A DNA stretch of 63,624 bases, the filler included. It is 5 parts of 5 records of this genome, joined end to end, with 100 filler letters (N's around TTAATTAATTAA, not from the genome) between each part and the next. Parts side by side here need not be neighbours in the genome. Positions count along the whole stretch, not along the records: positions 6,612 to 17,625 come from SRR22947725_527; positions 17,726 to 25,666 come from SRR22947725_528; 3 more parts are not named here. One strand, written 5' to 3'. This document shows, one piece after another, positions 10,281-20,052 of the stretch. How positions within the stretch are numbered: position 1 is the stretch's first letter; each line of letters begins with the position of its first letter. The notes below the pieces were generated by a model, which made no database searches, was not told the DNA's origin, and saw only the letters and a list, made by a program, of their open reading frames with translations. The position numbers were made by a program, and so were the translations under genes.

Positions 10281-11438
10281 TTATAATATCATTTTGTAAA
10301 CACTTAAAACATTTTGAGCATGACTATCTAACGAAAAATCTTTCTGCAATTTAGTGAATGTTTTATTAACATCAACAACGGATTTGTTGTGAATTAATTT
10401 TTTAATTTTTTCACTAAAGATTTGAACATTATCAACTTCTGAAATAAGTCCATATTTTCCATCTTCTAACATATTCATTACCCCGCCAGTATCATTAGCT
10501 ATAATAGGTATCTTCGACGCCATAGCCTCTAATATAACCCTTGGATTAGAATCATTTATAGCTGGAAAAATAAAACCATTGAATATTTTATAAAATTTAG
10601 CTGTAATAGCCTGGTGACCAGTAAAAATTACATTATTTTGAAGGTCATTTTTTTTACTGAACTGTTGCAACTCATTATAATAATTATTTTCTTTACCAGA
10701 GATAATATCTCTTGTAACTGAATCATCTCCAACAAACATTACTTTTAAGTTTATCCCATTTTTTATAAGCGGTAATATAGATTTTAAAATTATCATCTGT
10801 CTTTTTTGATCTTTTATTCTAGATACATAACCAAGTAAAAAAGTGTCTTTATGAACTTTAAAATCTTTTCGGATTTGATCATAATCATACTTATCTAATT
10901 CTTTTTGGAAATGTTTAATATTAATACCGTTATATATTACTGAAACATTTTTATTATTTCGATTTTCAAGTGAGAAATCTTTGACTGCATCCGAAACAAA
11001 AATTATTTGCGATACCCTTTTAATTTTATATAATACCTTTGGCCATGTCATTATTCTAATATGCCACACTACTTTTATACCAAAAACATGGCATAAAAAC
11101 CACGAGGTAATATGGCCATCCAAGTCATTTGAATGGACAATTTCAATTTTATTTTTTTTTATATAAAAGAAAAATTTGACAGATTCTTTAAATCTCAAAA
11201 AAATATGATAAAAATTAGGAACAGACATTCCAAAAAACTTAATTTGATCATACCTAGTTTTGTTTGTTATGGTAACTTTTGAGGCATATTTTCTAGCACT
11301 TTCAGCAAAAGGTCCGTCAGGAGCAAACAAATGTATTTCCACATGATTGCCTATCTTAGAAAAAAGCTGTAGAAGACTATTTGGTCCACCAGCAATCTCT
11401 CCAATATCTTCAATATATAGTACTTTAATTTTTTTCAT
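10281..11438 (-). CDS. Glycosyltransferase family 4 (GT-B)
   Basis: IAGGPNSL, IYNGI, VILEAMASKIPIIANDTGG. Confidence 0.85.
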   Translation of the reverse strand: MKKIKVLYIEDIGEIAGGPNSLLQLFSKIGNHVEIHLFAPDGPFAESARKYASKVTITNKTRYDQIKFFGMSVPNFYHIFLRFKESVKFFFYIKKNKIEIVHSNDLDGHITSWFLCHVFGIKVVWHIRIMTWPKVLYKIKRVSQIIFVSDAVKDFSLENRNNKNVSVIYNGINIKHFQKELDKYDYDQIRKDFKVHKDTFLLGYVSRIKDQKRQMIILKSILPLIKNGINLKVMFVGDDSVTRDIISGKENNYYNELQQFSKKNDLQNNVIFTGHQAITAKFYKIFNGFIFPAINDSNPRVILEAMASKIPIIANDTGGVMNMLEDGKYGLISEVDNVQIFSEKIKKLIHNKSVVDVNKTFTKLQKDFSLDSHAQNVLSVYKMIL

Positions 11439-12558
11439 AAATAATTTCTAAAATATTTTTTGCTCTAGCGTCCCAGCTATATTTTATGACTGAATTAACA
11501 GCATTATTAGATATATAATTATATAATTCATTTTTATGGAACAAGGAATTAATTTTATTTGAAAAATCTTTTGCAGAATTATATTTAGCTAATAAAGCAT
11601 TTTCCTTATCCTGCAACACTTCTTTAAATACAGGAAAGTCGCTTGCAACTATAGGCTTACCCATTGCTAGGTATTCAAACATCTTTAAAGGCGATGTAAA
11701 TTTAATAATATCGCAATGCTTTTGATGTGGCATTAAAAAAATGTCGGCTGCACTCATAAAATCAATCAAACTAAACTCACTTACATAGCCTTGAAAGGTG
11801 ATATTTGTTATTTTTTTACTTTTTTCTTTTAAAAAGTTTAATCTTTCTGAATCTCTGCCGCCAAAAATGAAAAACTTTTTATCCTTTGTTAACTTAGCTA
11901 TCTCAATTAATCTCATGACTCCTCTTCCTGACCTGAGTGCACCTGAATAAAGAATAATTTTATCTTCTAAATCTATCCCAAGTTTTTTTCTTATTTCATT
12001 TTTATCTTTCATAACAAATTTTTTTAAATCGACTCCATCATGAACAACATGAATTGAGTTTTGAAAATTATGTTTTATAAATTCCACTTTAAGCGCTTCG
12101 CTGATTGCAATAATAGATAGATTAGTTTTTTTAGTAATTAATTTTTTCATAATTCTTAAACACAGTCTCTTTGAATCAAAATCATGAGCTTCAAAATATA
12201 CCTTTTTACCTAATATTGTCAAAAAAAGGCCTATCCAATCTTGTCTCGTATAAAAAATATCTTTTTTGAAAATATATCTTAATGAGACATATAGCGCATA
12301 TGCAAGATCGTTTCGGAAAAATTTATAATTATATGTTGATGAAACTTGAAAATTAATATCATTATATTTTTCTTTTATCTTTAATTGAAAATCATCGTGA
12401 GATATAACATTGTATCTATTAAAAAAAACTTCAAAGTCATTATGCAATCTACCTATTTCGTTACAAGTATTATAAATCTGCTTACTATTAGCATAATCAG
12501 ATAAAATATTAGTTTTGCGAGGAGTAATATAAACTAATTTTTCATTTATTTTTTTCAA
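11425..12558 (-). CDS. Glycosyltransferase family 4 (GT-B)
   Basis: FEAHD, VHDGVD, SPLKMFEYLAMGKPIVASD, YSWDARA. Confidence 0.87.
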   Translation of the reverse strand: MKKINEKLVYITPRKTNILSDYANSKQIYNTCNEIGRLHNDFEVFFNRYNVISHDDFQLKIKEKYNDINFQVSSTYNYKFFRNDLAYALYVSLRYIFKKDIFYTRQDWIGLFLTILGKKVYFEAHDFDSKRLCLRIMKKLITKKTNLSIIAISEALKVEFIKHNFQNSIHVVHDGVDLKKFVMKDKNEIRKKLGIDLEDKIILYSGALRSGRGVMRLIEIAKLTKDKKFFIFGGRDSERLNFLKEKSKKITNITFQGYVSEFSLIDFMSAADIFLMPHQKHCDIIKFTSPLKMFEYLAMGKPIVASDFPVFKEVLQDKENALLAKYNSAKDFSNKINSLFHKNELYNYISNNAVNSVIKYSWDARAKNILEIIYEKN

Positions 12559-12589
12559 TTTTTTACTTAACTGGTATTTTTAATTTCTA

Positions 12590-13351
12590 TTATTTTTTTT
12601 CGTGATGAAAAACCAAATTTGAGTTTTCTAAAGATTGATTGGTAGCATAAAATGGCTTGTAAATAATTTCATATTTTTTATAACCATACTTTAATAATAA
12701 ATTTTTAACCTTATCGAATGATTGATCGTGAACTTCTATAATAATTACGGGCTTATCCTTCAAGATTAGTTTTTTTAACCCTAGCAATACATCAAGCTCT
12801 GGCCCATCTACATCAATTTTAATACCATGAATCTTCTTTATTTTTTTTCCCTCAAAAAGAGAATCAAAAGAAATAAGTGAAACTTCTAAATCTGATGACA
12901 AGCTCTCGCTGGTTAACATTCCTCTGGTTTGATTAAAATTTTTTTTAGTTAATTGATTATCATTCGACAAGCCTAAGCAATATGATTTAACATTATTCAT
13001 TGAATTTTTTGATATGGTTTCATTTAGAGCATCAAATGTTGATTTTACCGGCTCAAAAGCATAAATAGTACCATTAGCTCCTATGTTATTATTAATTCCA
13101 ATAACTGTGTAACCATAATTAGCACCAATATCCAACCAATTCTCATTTTTAGAAATATTATTTGAAAACCATAATAATAAATCACTCTCGGTTGTACCTA
13201 AGATTGCTGAGGGATAATCATGCAAGTTAGTAAAAATTCTTTTCCCCTTATTCATACCAGATAAAATAAAAAATGAAAAATTCTTCTTAGGCAAAAAGCG
13301 CCTAAAACTTCTTAAATATTTTCTTTTAATATATTTTAAATTTTTAAGCAT
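12590..13351 (-). CDS. FkbM-family methyltransferase
   Basis: DIGANYGY, YAFEP, IKIDVDGPELDVLLG, IIIEVH. Confidence 0.87.
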   Translation of the reverse strand: MLKNLKYIKRKYLRSFRRFLPKKNFSFFILSGMNKGKRIFTNLHDYPSAILGTTESDLLLWFSNNISKNENWLDIGANYGYTVIGINNNIGANGTIYAFEPVKSTFDALNETISKNSMNNVKSYCLGLSNDNQLTKKNFNQTRGMLTSESLSSDLEVSLISFDSLFEGKKIKKIHGIKIDVDGPELDVLLGLKKLILKDKPVIIIEVHDQSFDKVKNLLLKYGYKKYEIIYKPFYATNQSLENSNLVFHHEKK

Positions 13352-13397
13352 TTTAATTCTATTTTATCAATTTAATTCGATAATAATAATAAGATTT

Positions 13398-14825
13398 TTA
13401 TTTAATTTTATGATAATCTATTGTGTAAAAACAACAGGAAGAAAGTATCCAGAATATTCCATTCTTAGTTGAATTAAAAAACCATCCTCCGTCGTAAAGT
13501 AATCCATATGTAAAATATAGAAACAAAAATGCTAAGTATATTGTCATTTCTTCGTTCAATCTTTCACTTTTAGCTAAAAGTTTAAAGGAAAGAATGTAAA
13601 AAAGATTAAAAAATGCCAATACTCCTATTAATCCAAATTCTAAAGCAACTATATCAATTCCAAAAAAATTAGTCTGAGGAACAGGTCTAAATGCAGTGCT
13701 AGCTGAAAAACCTGTTACAGAATCTTCGGCTCTTGTACTTCCAGCTCCATAACCAAATATCATTTTACTAAAATCAGATTGTATAACTGTATAAAGAGAA
13801 TATGATATTCCCAAACTTCTTCCAAACCTTAAACCGCCATCTTCTCCAAACCAAATCATATTTGAGTATTCATTAGCATCAGAAAAATTAAATCTATTTA
13901 AATTAAATGATGTCACATTCTGGTTTTCTAACAAGCTTGTGATGCTTGAAATTCTTGGTACTATAAAAGCTGTAAAAACTATAAGAAATAAAAATAAAAT
14001 CTGAATAATTCTTTTTTGACTTATTTGAATCTTGAGATAGCTTCTTAATAAAAGAAAGAATAAAGGACTTAAAAAGCAAACATATATTGTAAATGATATG
14101 TCAGCATAAATAGAAAAAAATATCATTAAACAAAAAATAAAAAAGAGGGGAGTTTTTGAACGACCATTTATTGCTTTAATGCAGTAACTATAAAAAACCG
14201 TTGCAGATAAAAAAGAAAGGAATGCGGTACCACCATTTCCAAAAGTACCTGTATAAAAGTCAGCATTGGGCCCCCAATTAAGAAATGAGCCAGGGATACT
14301 TTGCAAAAAAACAAATGGAATTTGAATAATTAAAAACAAGGATAAAATATTAATTATTATATTGAATATTTCTTTGTGATCTATATCAGAAAAATAAACA
14401 TAAAATGCTAATAATAAAGGAGATGCAATCCACAAAAACCATCTTAAAATTTCAAATAGTGGAGAACCGCTTATAAAAGATCCAAATAATAAGGTAACTA
14501 GAATATATGAGATAGCGATTAGTACTTTTCTAAAAATACTTTTACCGTTCATTGTTATATCTTCTTTTGTTAAAAAAATAACAAATAGTAAAAAACAATT
14601 AACGCCAACAGGTAATAATTCATAAAAATCGTTAATATTAAAAAGCGGGATAAAAAATTTATAAGTCAACAAGAATGGTATGTATGTCAAAATAAAAATC
14701 TTACTATTATATATTGCTAATATAGACAAAAAAGCAAATTGAATTGGAATTAAAACAAAAGGAAGCTGATTCAAAATTATAGTTAAAAATAATAAAGTAA
14801 ATAAAGAAAATGCTGCGATCATCAT
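13398..14825 (-). CDS. Polytopic membrane protein, probable Wzy polymerase / O-antigen ligase-like
   Basis: About 11-12 hydrophobic segments, YTGTFG, a late periplasmic loop with FGYGAG...EFGLIG; sits in a glycan cluster. Confidence 0.6.
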   Translation of the reverse strand: MMIAAFSLFTLLFLTIILNQLPFVLIPIQFAFLSILAIYNSKIFILTYIPFLLTYKFFIPLFNINDFYELLPVGVNCFLLFVIFLTKEDITMNGKSIFRKVLIAISYILVTLLFGSFISGSPLFEILRWFLWIASPLLLAFYVYFSDIDHKEIFNIIINILSLFLIIQIPFVFLQSIPGSFLNWGPNADFYTGTFGNGGTAFLSFLSATVFYSYCIKAINGRSKTPLFFIFCLMIFFSIYADISFTIYVCFLSPLFFLLLRSYLKIQISQKRIIQILFLFLIVFTAFIVPRISSITSLLENQNVTSFNLNRFNFSDANEYSNMIWFGEDGGLRFGRSLGISYSLYTVIQSDFSKMIFGYGAGSTRAEDSVTGFSASTAFRPVPQTNFFGIDIVALEFGLIGVLAFFNLFYILSFKLLAKSERLNEEMTIYLAFLFLYFTYGLLYDGGWFFNSTKNGIFWILSSCCFYTIDYHKIK

Positions 14826-16558
14826 AAATAATTCTCAACTAAATATTTCATATTATTGAGCTTATAATCATCATTTCCAGTATTATTAAAAATTTGCAGA
14901 GGATTTTGTTTCAAAAAATCTAGGTTTTTCATTCCAAAACCAATTTTCTTTTTTTCTAATAAATTTTTGGGAAATTTCTGTTGAAATATTTTTTTTAATA
15001 AAAACTTATTTTCTTTATTATTAATCAAAGTCTCATCTAATGAGTGGGTTAATTCAACAATCCTATGGTCCAAAAAAGGTACACGCACTTCTAAGGAGTG
15101 TAACATGCTCATCATATCGACTTTCAATAAAATATCATTAACCATAAAATTTTTCAAATCAATATATTGAAGTCTAGATTTATGATTAATATTTTTTATG
15201 TTCCAGTACTTTCTATAAAGCCAGTACTGGTCGTAATCTTTTGGAATTTTCTCTTTTATGGATTCAGGTAAAATTTGATTCAAATAGGATTTAGTATATC
15301 CTCCTCTTAAATAAACATATCTTTCCAAATCATTTGAAATGCAATATTTTTTAAATTTAAAACCTCTTTGGAATTGTTTATTTATTAGGTGCTGCTTTGG
15401 ATCTATAAAACTATATATTGATTTAATAAAATTATATTTTGAGGATGCAGCATAAGAATTATACCAATTATAGCCATAGAATAATTCATCTCCCCCATCT
15501 CCTGACAGACATACGGTTACTTCTTTACTAGCAACATCTGCAATATGGTAGAATGGAAGCGTAGAGGTATCATAATGTAGATCGCCATACGTCTTCATTA
15601 AATCGAAAGTATTTAACTTGCTGTCCTTTACTGATTTTCTTATATGATTTGTTTTAAGGTGTCTTGCTATCTGAATATCATTGGTATATTGATCTCCAAA
15701 GTCTGCATAAAAAGTTTTGATATTTTTATGATTTTTTGATGCATAGTATGAAACTAAAGATGAATCTATTCCTCCGCTAAGAAAAGACCCAACGGGAACA
15801 TCTGATACTAATCTCATTTTTACACTATCATTAATTAAAAAATCAAGTTTATCCATGCTATCATCAACACTTAATTTGCTATTATTATTATGTTTTACAT
15901 CCCAATATTCCCTAATTGTAAATTTATTATTATAAAAATTTGCACAATTTCCTGGAAGTAACTTCTTAATATTACTATAAATTGTTTTTGTTTCCGGTAC
16001 ATATAAATAAGTAAAAAAATCTACTATAGAGGTATAATCAATTGATAACTTCTTATCTATTAGACTGACTATTGAATTAATTTCTGACGCAAAAATAAAA
16101 GTGTCATTATTCATATAATAGTAAAGAGGTTTTATTCCTAATCTATCCCTAGCAATAAAAATTTTTCCAGTTTTATTATTTAAAATTGCAAATGCAAACA
16201 TACCATTAATTTTGTCCAATAAATTTTCACCCCAAGCATCAAAACCGTTTAATAGTACTTCTGTATCCCCGTTGGTTTTAAATTTATAGCCTAACTTTTT
16301 AAGTTCTTGAGCAATTTTTTGATAATTATATATTTCACCATTAAAAACTATTGTATATAAATTATCTCTTGAACTCATTGGTTGATTAGCTGATTCTGAT
16401 AAATCAATAATTTTTAATCTTCTATGTCCTAACATTGAATTAGAATGTTCATAAACATCTCCAGAGTCAGGTCCTCTGTGGGTCATCAAATCTAATGATT
16501 TGTTGAATAGTTTTCTATCGAGTAAACGATTAGATTGAATGCCTAAGATACCACACAT
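14822..16558 (-). CDS. asnB: Asparagine synthase (glutamine-hydrolysing)-family amidotransferase, likely sugar amidation
   Basis: MCGILG, HRGPD, FNGEIYN, RDRLGIKPLY, FLSGGIDSS, LSGDGGDELFYGY, EVRVPFLDH. Confidence 0.88.
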   Translation of the reverse strand: MCGILGIQSNRLLDRKLFNKSLDLMTHRGPDSGDVYEHSNSMLGHRRLKIIDLSESANQPMSSRDNLYTIVFNGEIYNYQKIAQELKKLGYKFKTNGDTEVLLNGFDAWGENLLDKINGMFAFAILNNKTGKIFIARDRLGIKPLYYYMNNDTFIFASEINSIVSLIDKKLSIDYTSIVDFFTYLYVPETKTIYSNIKKLLPGNCANFYNNKFTIREYWDVKHNNNSKLSVDDSMDKLDFLINDSVKMRLVSDVPVGSFLSGGIDSSLVSYYASKNHKNIKTFYADFGDQYTNDIQIARHLKTNHIRKSVKDSKLNTFDLMKTYGDLHYDTSTLPFYHIADVASKEVTVCLSGDGGDELFYGYNWYNSYAASSKYNFIKSIYSFIDPKQHLINKQFQRGFKFKKYCISNDLERYVYLRGGYTKSYLNQILPESIKEKIPKDYDQYWLYRKYWNIKNINHKSRLQYIDLKNFMVNDILLKVDMMSMLHSLEVRVPFLDHRIVELTHSLDETLINNKENKFLLKKIFQQKFPKNLLEKKKIGFGMKNLDFLKQNPLQIFNNTGNDDYKLNNMKYLVENYL

Positions 16559-17625
16559 TAGATAAATATCCCTTTTTTCCTAATTGTATTTAATGTCAAA
16601 GTAATCCAAACAATATAAAACACTACAAAAGATGCTGAAGCCCCCAACCCGTTAAATTTATAAATCAAAATAATCATTATTGGAAGACAAAAGATGTTAG
16701 AAACCAACATATTTAAAAAAGACTCTTTAAAAAATCCTTTTGCAAAAAGTATGGGGGCTAAGGGAAGTGTAGCTATTTGTAGTAAAACACCTATTAGATA
16801 TATCAAGATCATTGGATATGAATTAAGATAGTTAGCTCCAAATAAAATCTCGATAAAAAAACTTCCAAAAAAGAAAAATATTATATAGCCTAAGATACCT
16901 AGCAAAGACAAGAGTGCAGATATTTTCATAGTAAATAATTTAGCTAAAGCGGTCTCACTGATTGAAAAAAGTCTCGATATTTCTGGATACATTGCCTGAT
17001 ATATTGAATCTAAAATCTTTAAAATAATATTAGAAATATCTTTTGCAATTTTAAAAAAAGCGACTATCTCAGGAGTCGAAAATTTACCTAGTATAACTAT
17101 GTCTAAATTTCTAGGAATTTGCTTTATAGATACATTTAATGAATGATATATAATCGTTTTTATTAAATTGAGTTTTTTAAATAAGGATCTATCAATCTTA
17201 CAAAGAAAAACGGTAAAAAGACTACGAAGGTTTTTAGTTAAAATATGATTAACTAAGAAAACAGAAAAAAGAGCTGAAATTGCTTGTGCAACTACTAACG
17301 CAATCGCAAAATTTTCCAAAGAAACAAAATTATAAGATACTACTAAAAAAAAACAAAATTTTAAAAATGCGTTTAACAGAGTATTCAATGCTTGGAATCG
17401 GAAATAATTATAAAATCTAAAAATGGCCATTGATATATTATTAAAAATTAGTGCAATTATGCTAAAACATAATATTCTTATTGTTGCAACATAATCTACA
17501 GGTATTTCAAGCTGAAAAATAAAAAATTTAGATAAACTAAGAGCTGCAATAAAACCAAATGTTAATGTAATGAGGTCTATAATAAAAAAATATTTTATGA
17601 GCATTGAAATGTTTTTAAACTTCTT
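16558..17625 (-). CDS. Wzx-type polysaccharide flippase (MOP family), 5'-truncated
   Basis: Multi-TM; LDIVILGKF...VAFFKIA, MYPEISRL, FNGLGASAS. Frame stays open to the contig edge. Confidence 0.75.
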   Translation of the reverse strand, partial: KKFKNISMLIKYFFIIDLITLTFGFIAALSLSKFFIFQLEIPVDYVATIRILCFSIIALIFNNISMAIFRFYNYFRFQALNTLLNAFLKFCFFLVVSYNFVSLENFAIALVVAQAISALFSVFLVNHILTKNLRSLFTVFLCKIDRSLFKKLNLIKTIIYHSLNVSIKQIPRNLDIVILGKFSTPEIVAFFKIAKDISNIILKILDSIYQAMYPEISRLFSISETALAKLFTMKISALLSLLGILGYIIFFFFGSFFIEILFGANYLNSYPMILIYLIGVLLQIATLPLAPILFAKGFFKESFLNMLVSNIFCLPIMIILIYKFNGLGASASFVVFYIVWITLTLNTIRKKGIFI

Positions 17626-17725
17626 NNNNNNNNNNNNNNNNNNNNNNNNNNNNNNNNNNNNNNNNNNNNTTAATTAATTAANNNNNNNNNNNNNNNNNNN
17701 NNNNNNNNNNNNNNNNNNNNNNNNN
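17626..17725. other. Artificial contig spacer
   Basis: 44 N + TTAATTAATTAA + 44 N. Confidence 0.98.
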
Positions 17726-17758
17726 GATTATCATAATGATACATTTGTAAAATAAATT

Positions 17759-18730
17759 ATGAAAGCTGTAGAAATTAAAAAAACTGGTGGACCTGAAGTT
17801 TTAGAACTTAAAGATATTACTTTAGATAAACCAGGACCTGATCAAGTAACAATAGAACAAAAAGCTATCGGGCTAAATTATATTGATACTTATCATAGAT
17901 CAGGTTTGTACCCATTAAACTTACCAATTGGCCTAGGTTTAGAAGGTGCGGGTATTATTACTGATATTGGAGAAAACGTTAAAGACTTTAAAGTTGGTGA
18001 TAAAATTTCTTATGCAGGTATTCCATTAGGTTCTTATTCAACACACAGAAATTACCCAACAAAAAATCTAGTGAAAGTGCCAGACGGTATTGATTTAGAA
18101 GTTGCTGCAACTTTAATGACAAAAGGTTTAACTACATTTTATCTACTGCATAAAACATTTCCTGTAAAATCAGGACAAACAATTCTATTCCACGCAGCTG
18201 CTGGAGGAGTTGGTCAAATATTTGGTCAGTGGGCCAAAAGTTTAGGCTGTACTGTTATAGGAACTGTTGGGTCAGATGAAAAAATAAATATAGCAAAAGA
18301 AAATGGTTATGATCATGTGATTAATTACAACAAAGAAGATTTTGCCAAAAAAGTTTTAGAGATTACAGATGGTAAAGGTGTTCCAGTTGTGTACGATGGT
18401 GTTGGTAAAGATACTTTAGATGGCTCTATTGAATGCTTGGCTGTAAGAGGAATGATGGTTTCATTTGGAAATGCATCAGGCCCTTTATCTGATATTAATG
18501 TGCCTAAAATGCTTCAGCCAAAAGGTTTGTATCTTGTAAGACCTGCAATGCAACAATATCTATCGACTAAAGAGGAGCTTGATGAAGCTTCAAAAATAAT
18601 GTTTGAAAAAATCAGTTCTGGAAAAGTAAAAATTAATATATTTAAAAAATATAAATTAGATCATGTTATTGAGGCTCATAAAGATTTAGAGGGCAGAAAA
18701 ATTTTGGGCCCAGCAGTTATACTTCCCTAA
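17759..18730 (+). CDS. qor: NADPH:quinone oxidoreductase (zeta-crystallin family)
   Basis: GGPEVL, IGLNYIDTYHRSGLY, HAAAGGVG, VYDGVGKDT, SFGNASG. Confidence 0.92.
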   Translation: MKAVEIKKTGGPEVLELKDITLDKPGPDQVTIEQKAIGLNYIDTYHRSGLYPLNLPIGLGLEGAGIITDIGENVKDFKVGDKISYAGIPLGSYSTHRNYPTKNLVKVPDGIDLEVAATLMTKGLTTFYLLHKTFPVKSGQTILFHAAAGGVGQIFGQWAKSLGCTVIGTVGSDEKINIAKENGYDHVINYNKEDFAKKVLEITDGKGVPVVYDGVGKDTLDGSIECLAVRGMMVSFGNASGPLSDINVPKMLQPKGLYLVRPAMQQYLSTKEELDEASKIMFEKISSGKVKINIFKKYKLDHVIEAHKDLEGRKILGPAVILP

Positions 18731-19131
18731 TCAAGCTTTACATCCATATCAGACATATGCAACTTAAGTGCATTAGTTGAAATATGAATCTCTCTAATAA
18801 AAAAAAGTATAGATATAATCATTGATAAACAACAAGTACCAAAAATTAATCTAGCAATAAAAACTTCATTTAAATATAGGCCTAACACAGTTAACATATT
18901 GAACAAAAATCCAAAAGCAGCAAACATGATTGTCCAACGTAATAAAGTGATCCGTCCACTTAAATTGATGAATTGTTTTTTCCATTCATGGGGAATATGA
19001 TTTTCATAAACATGTTCATCATGAAGTTCTCTAATCAACATACTTAAGGAATGAAATCTGTTACTATAAACACTCATTAATAGAGGAATAGCTGGAAACA
19101 TAAGGGCTGTAACTGTGTAATCTATATTCAT
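18727..19131 (-). CDS. DUF2721-like membrane protein
   Basis: ALMFPAIPLLM..YSNRF..L..LIRELH; EIHISTNALKLH; three TM segments. Confidence 0.7.
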   Translation of the reverse strand: MNIDYTVTALMFPAIPLLMSVYSNRFHSLSMLIRELHDEHVYENHIPHEWKKQFINLSGRITLLRWTIMFAAFGFLFNMLTVLGLYLNEVFIARLIFGTCCLSMIISILFFIREIHISTNALKLHMSDMDVKLD

Positions 19132-19180
19132 GCGAATCAGTTTGATTATGAATCTAGCCTTTGTTATTTACAAGTAAATT

Positions 19181-20047
19181 ATGAACCAAATAAAGTTATT
19201 TATTGAGCTTACAAGATTAAAAAGGCCAATTGGCTTTATGCTATTATTTTGGCCATGCTTATGGGGGCTTACAATTGTTTATGATTTTAATTCAGATTTA
19301 AAAATATATTTTTTTTATTCTGCACTTTTTCTTGCTGGCTCAATCCTTATGCGATCAGCAGGGTGTATAGTGAACGATATTGCAGATAAAAATTTTGATA
19401 AAAAAGTTGAGAGAACAAAAAATAGACCCATTGCATCAGAAAAAGTATCTGTAAAACTTGCATCTACTTATGCATTATTTTTATGTGCTATTGCTTTTTT
19501 AGTATTAATTAACTTTAATAATTTTACAATTTTAATGGCTCTAGCATCAATGCCTTTAGCTTTCACTTATCCCTTAATGAAAAGAATTACCTATTGGCCC
19601 CAGTTATTTCTAGGTATTACATTTAATTATGGATTAATTTTGGCTTGGATTTCAATTGCGAATGAAGTTTCAATAATTCCAATGATATTTTATCTAGGAG
19701 CCATATTTTGGACACTAGGCTACGACACAATTTATGGATTTCAAGATATTAAGGATGATGAAATAATAGGAGTAAAGTCAACTTCAATAAAGTTTAAAAA
19801 TGATCCAAAAAAATTTTTATTTATTTCATATTCATTGTTCATCATATCTTTGTTTTTAGTTGGAATATTAATGAAATTTAAAATCTATTATTTTTTATTT
19901 ATGGTTATACCCATTTTACAGTTGCTAGTATTTCAGGTTAAAAAATTAAATACCAGCCGATCGATTGATTGTTTTTCTAAATTTAAAAGTAATAATTTTT
20001 TAGGTGCAATAATCTTAGTCAACATTCTTATTGGAAAATTAATTTAA
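19181..20047 (+). CDS. ubiA: 4-hydroxybenzoate polyprenyltransferase
   Basis: RLKRPIGFMLLFWPC, RSAGCIVNDIADKNFD..VERTKNRP, YDTIYGFQDIKDD. Confidence 0.95.
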   Translation: MNQIKLFIELTRLKRPIGFMLLFWPCLWGLTIVYDFNSDLKIYFFYSALFLAGSILMRSAGCIVNDIADKNFDKKVERTKNRPIASEKVSVKLASTYALFLCAIAFLVLINFNNFTILMALASMPLAFTYPLMKRITYWPQLFLGITFNYGLILAWISIANEVSIIPMIFYLGAIFWTLGYDTIYGFQDIKDDEIIGVKSTSIKFKNDPKKFLFISYSLFIISLFLVGILMKFKIYYFLFMVIPILQLLVFQVKKLNTSRSIDCFSKFKSNNFLGAIILVNILIGKLI

Positions 20048-20052
20048 ACAAA

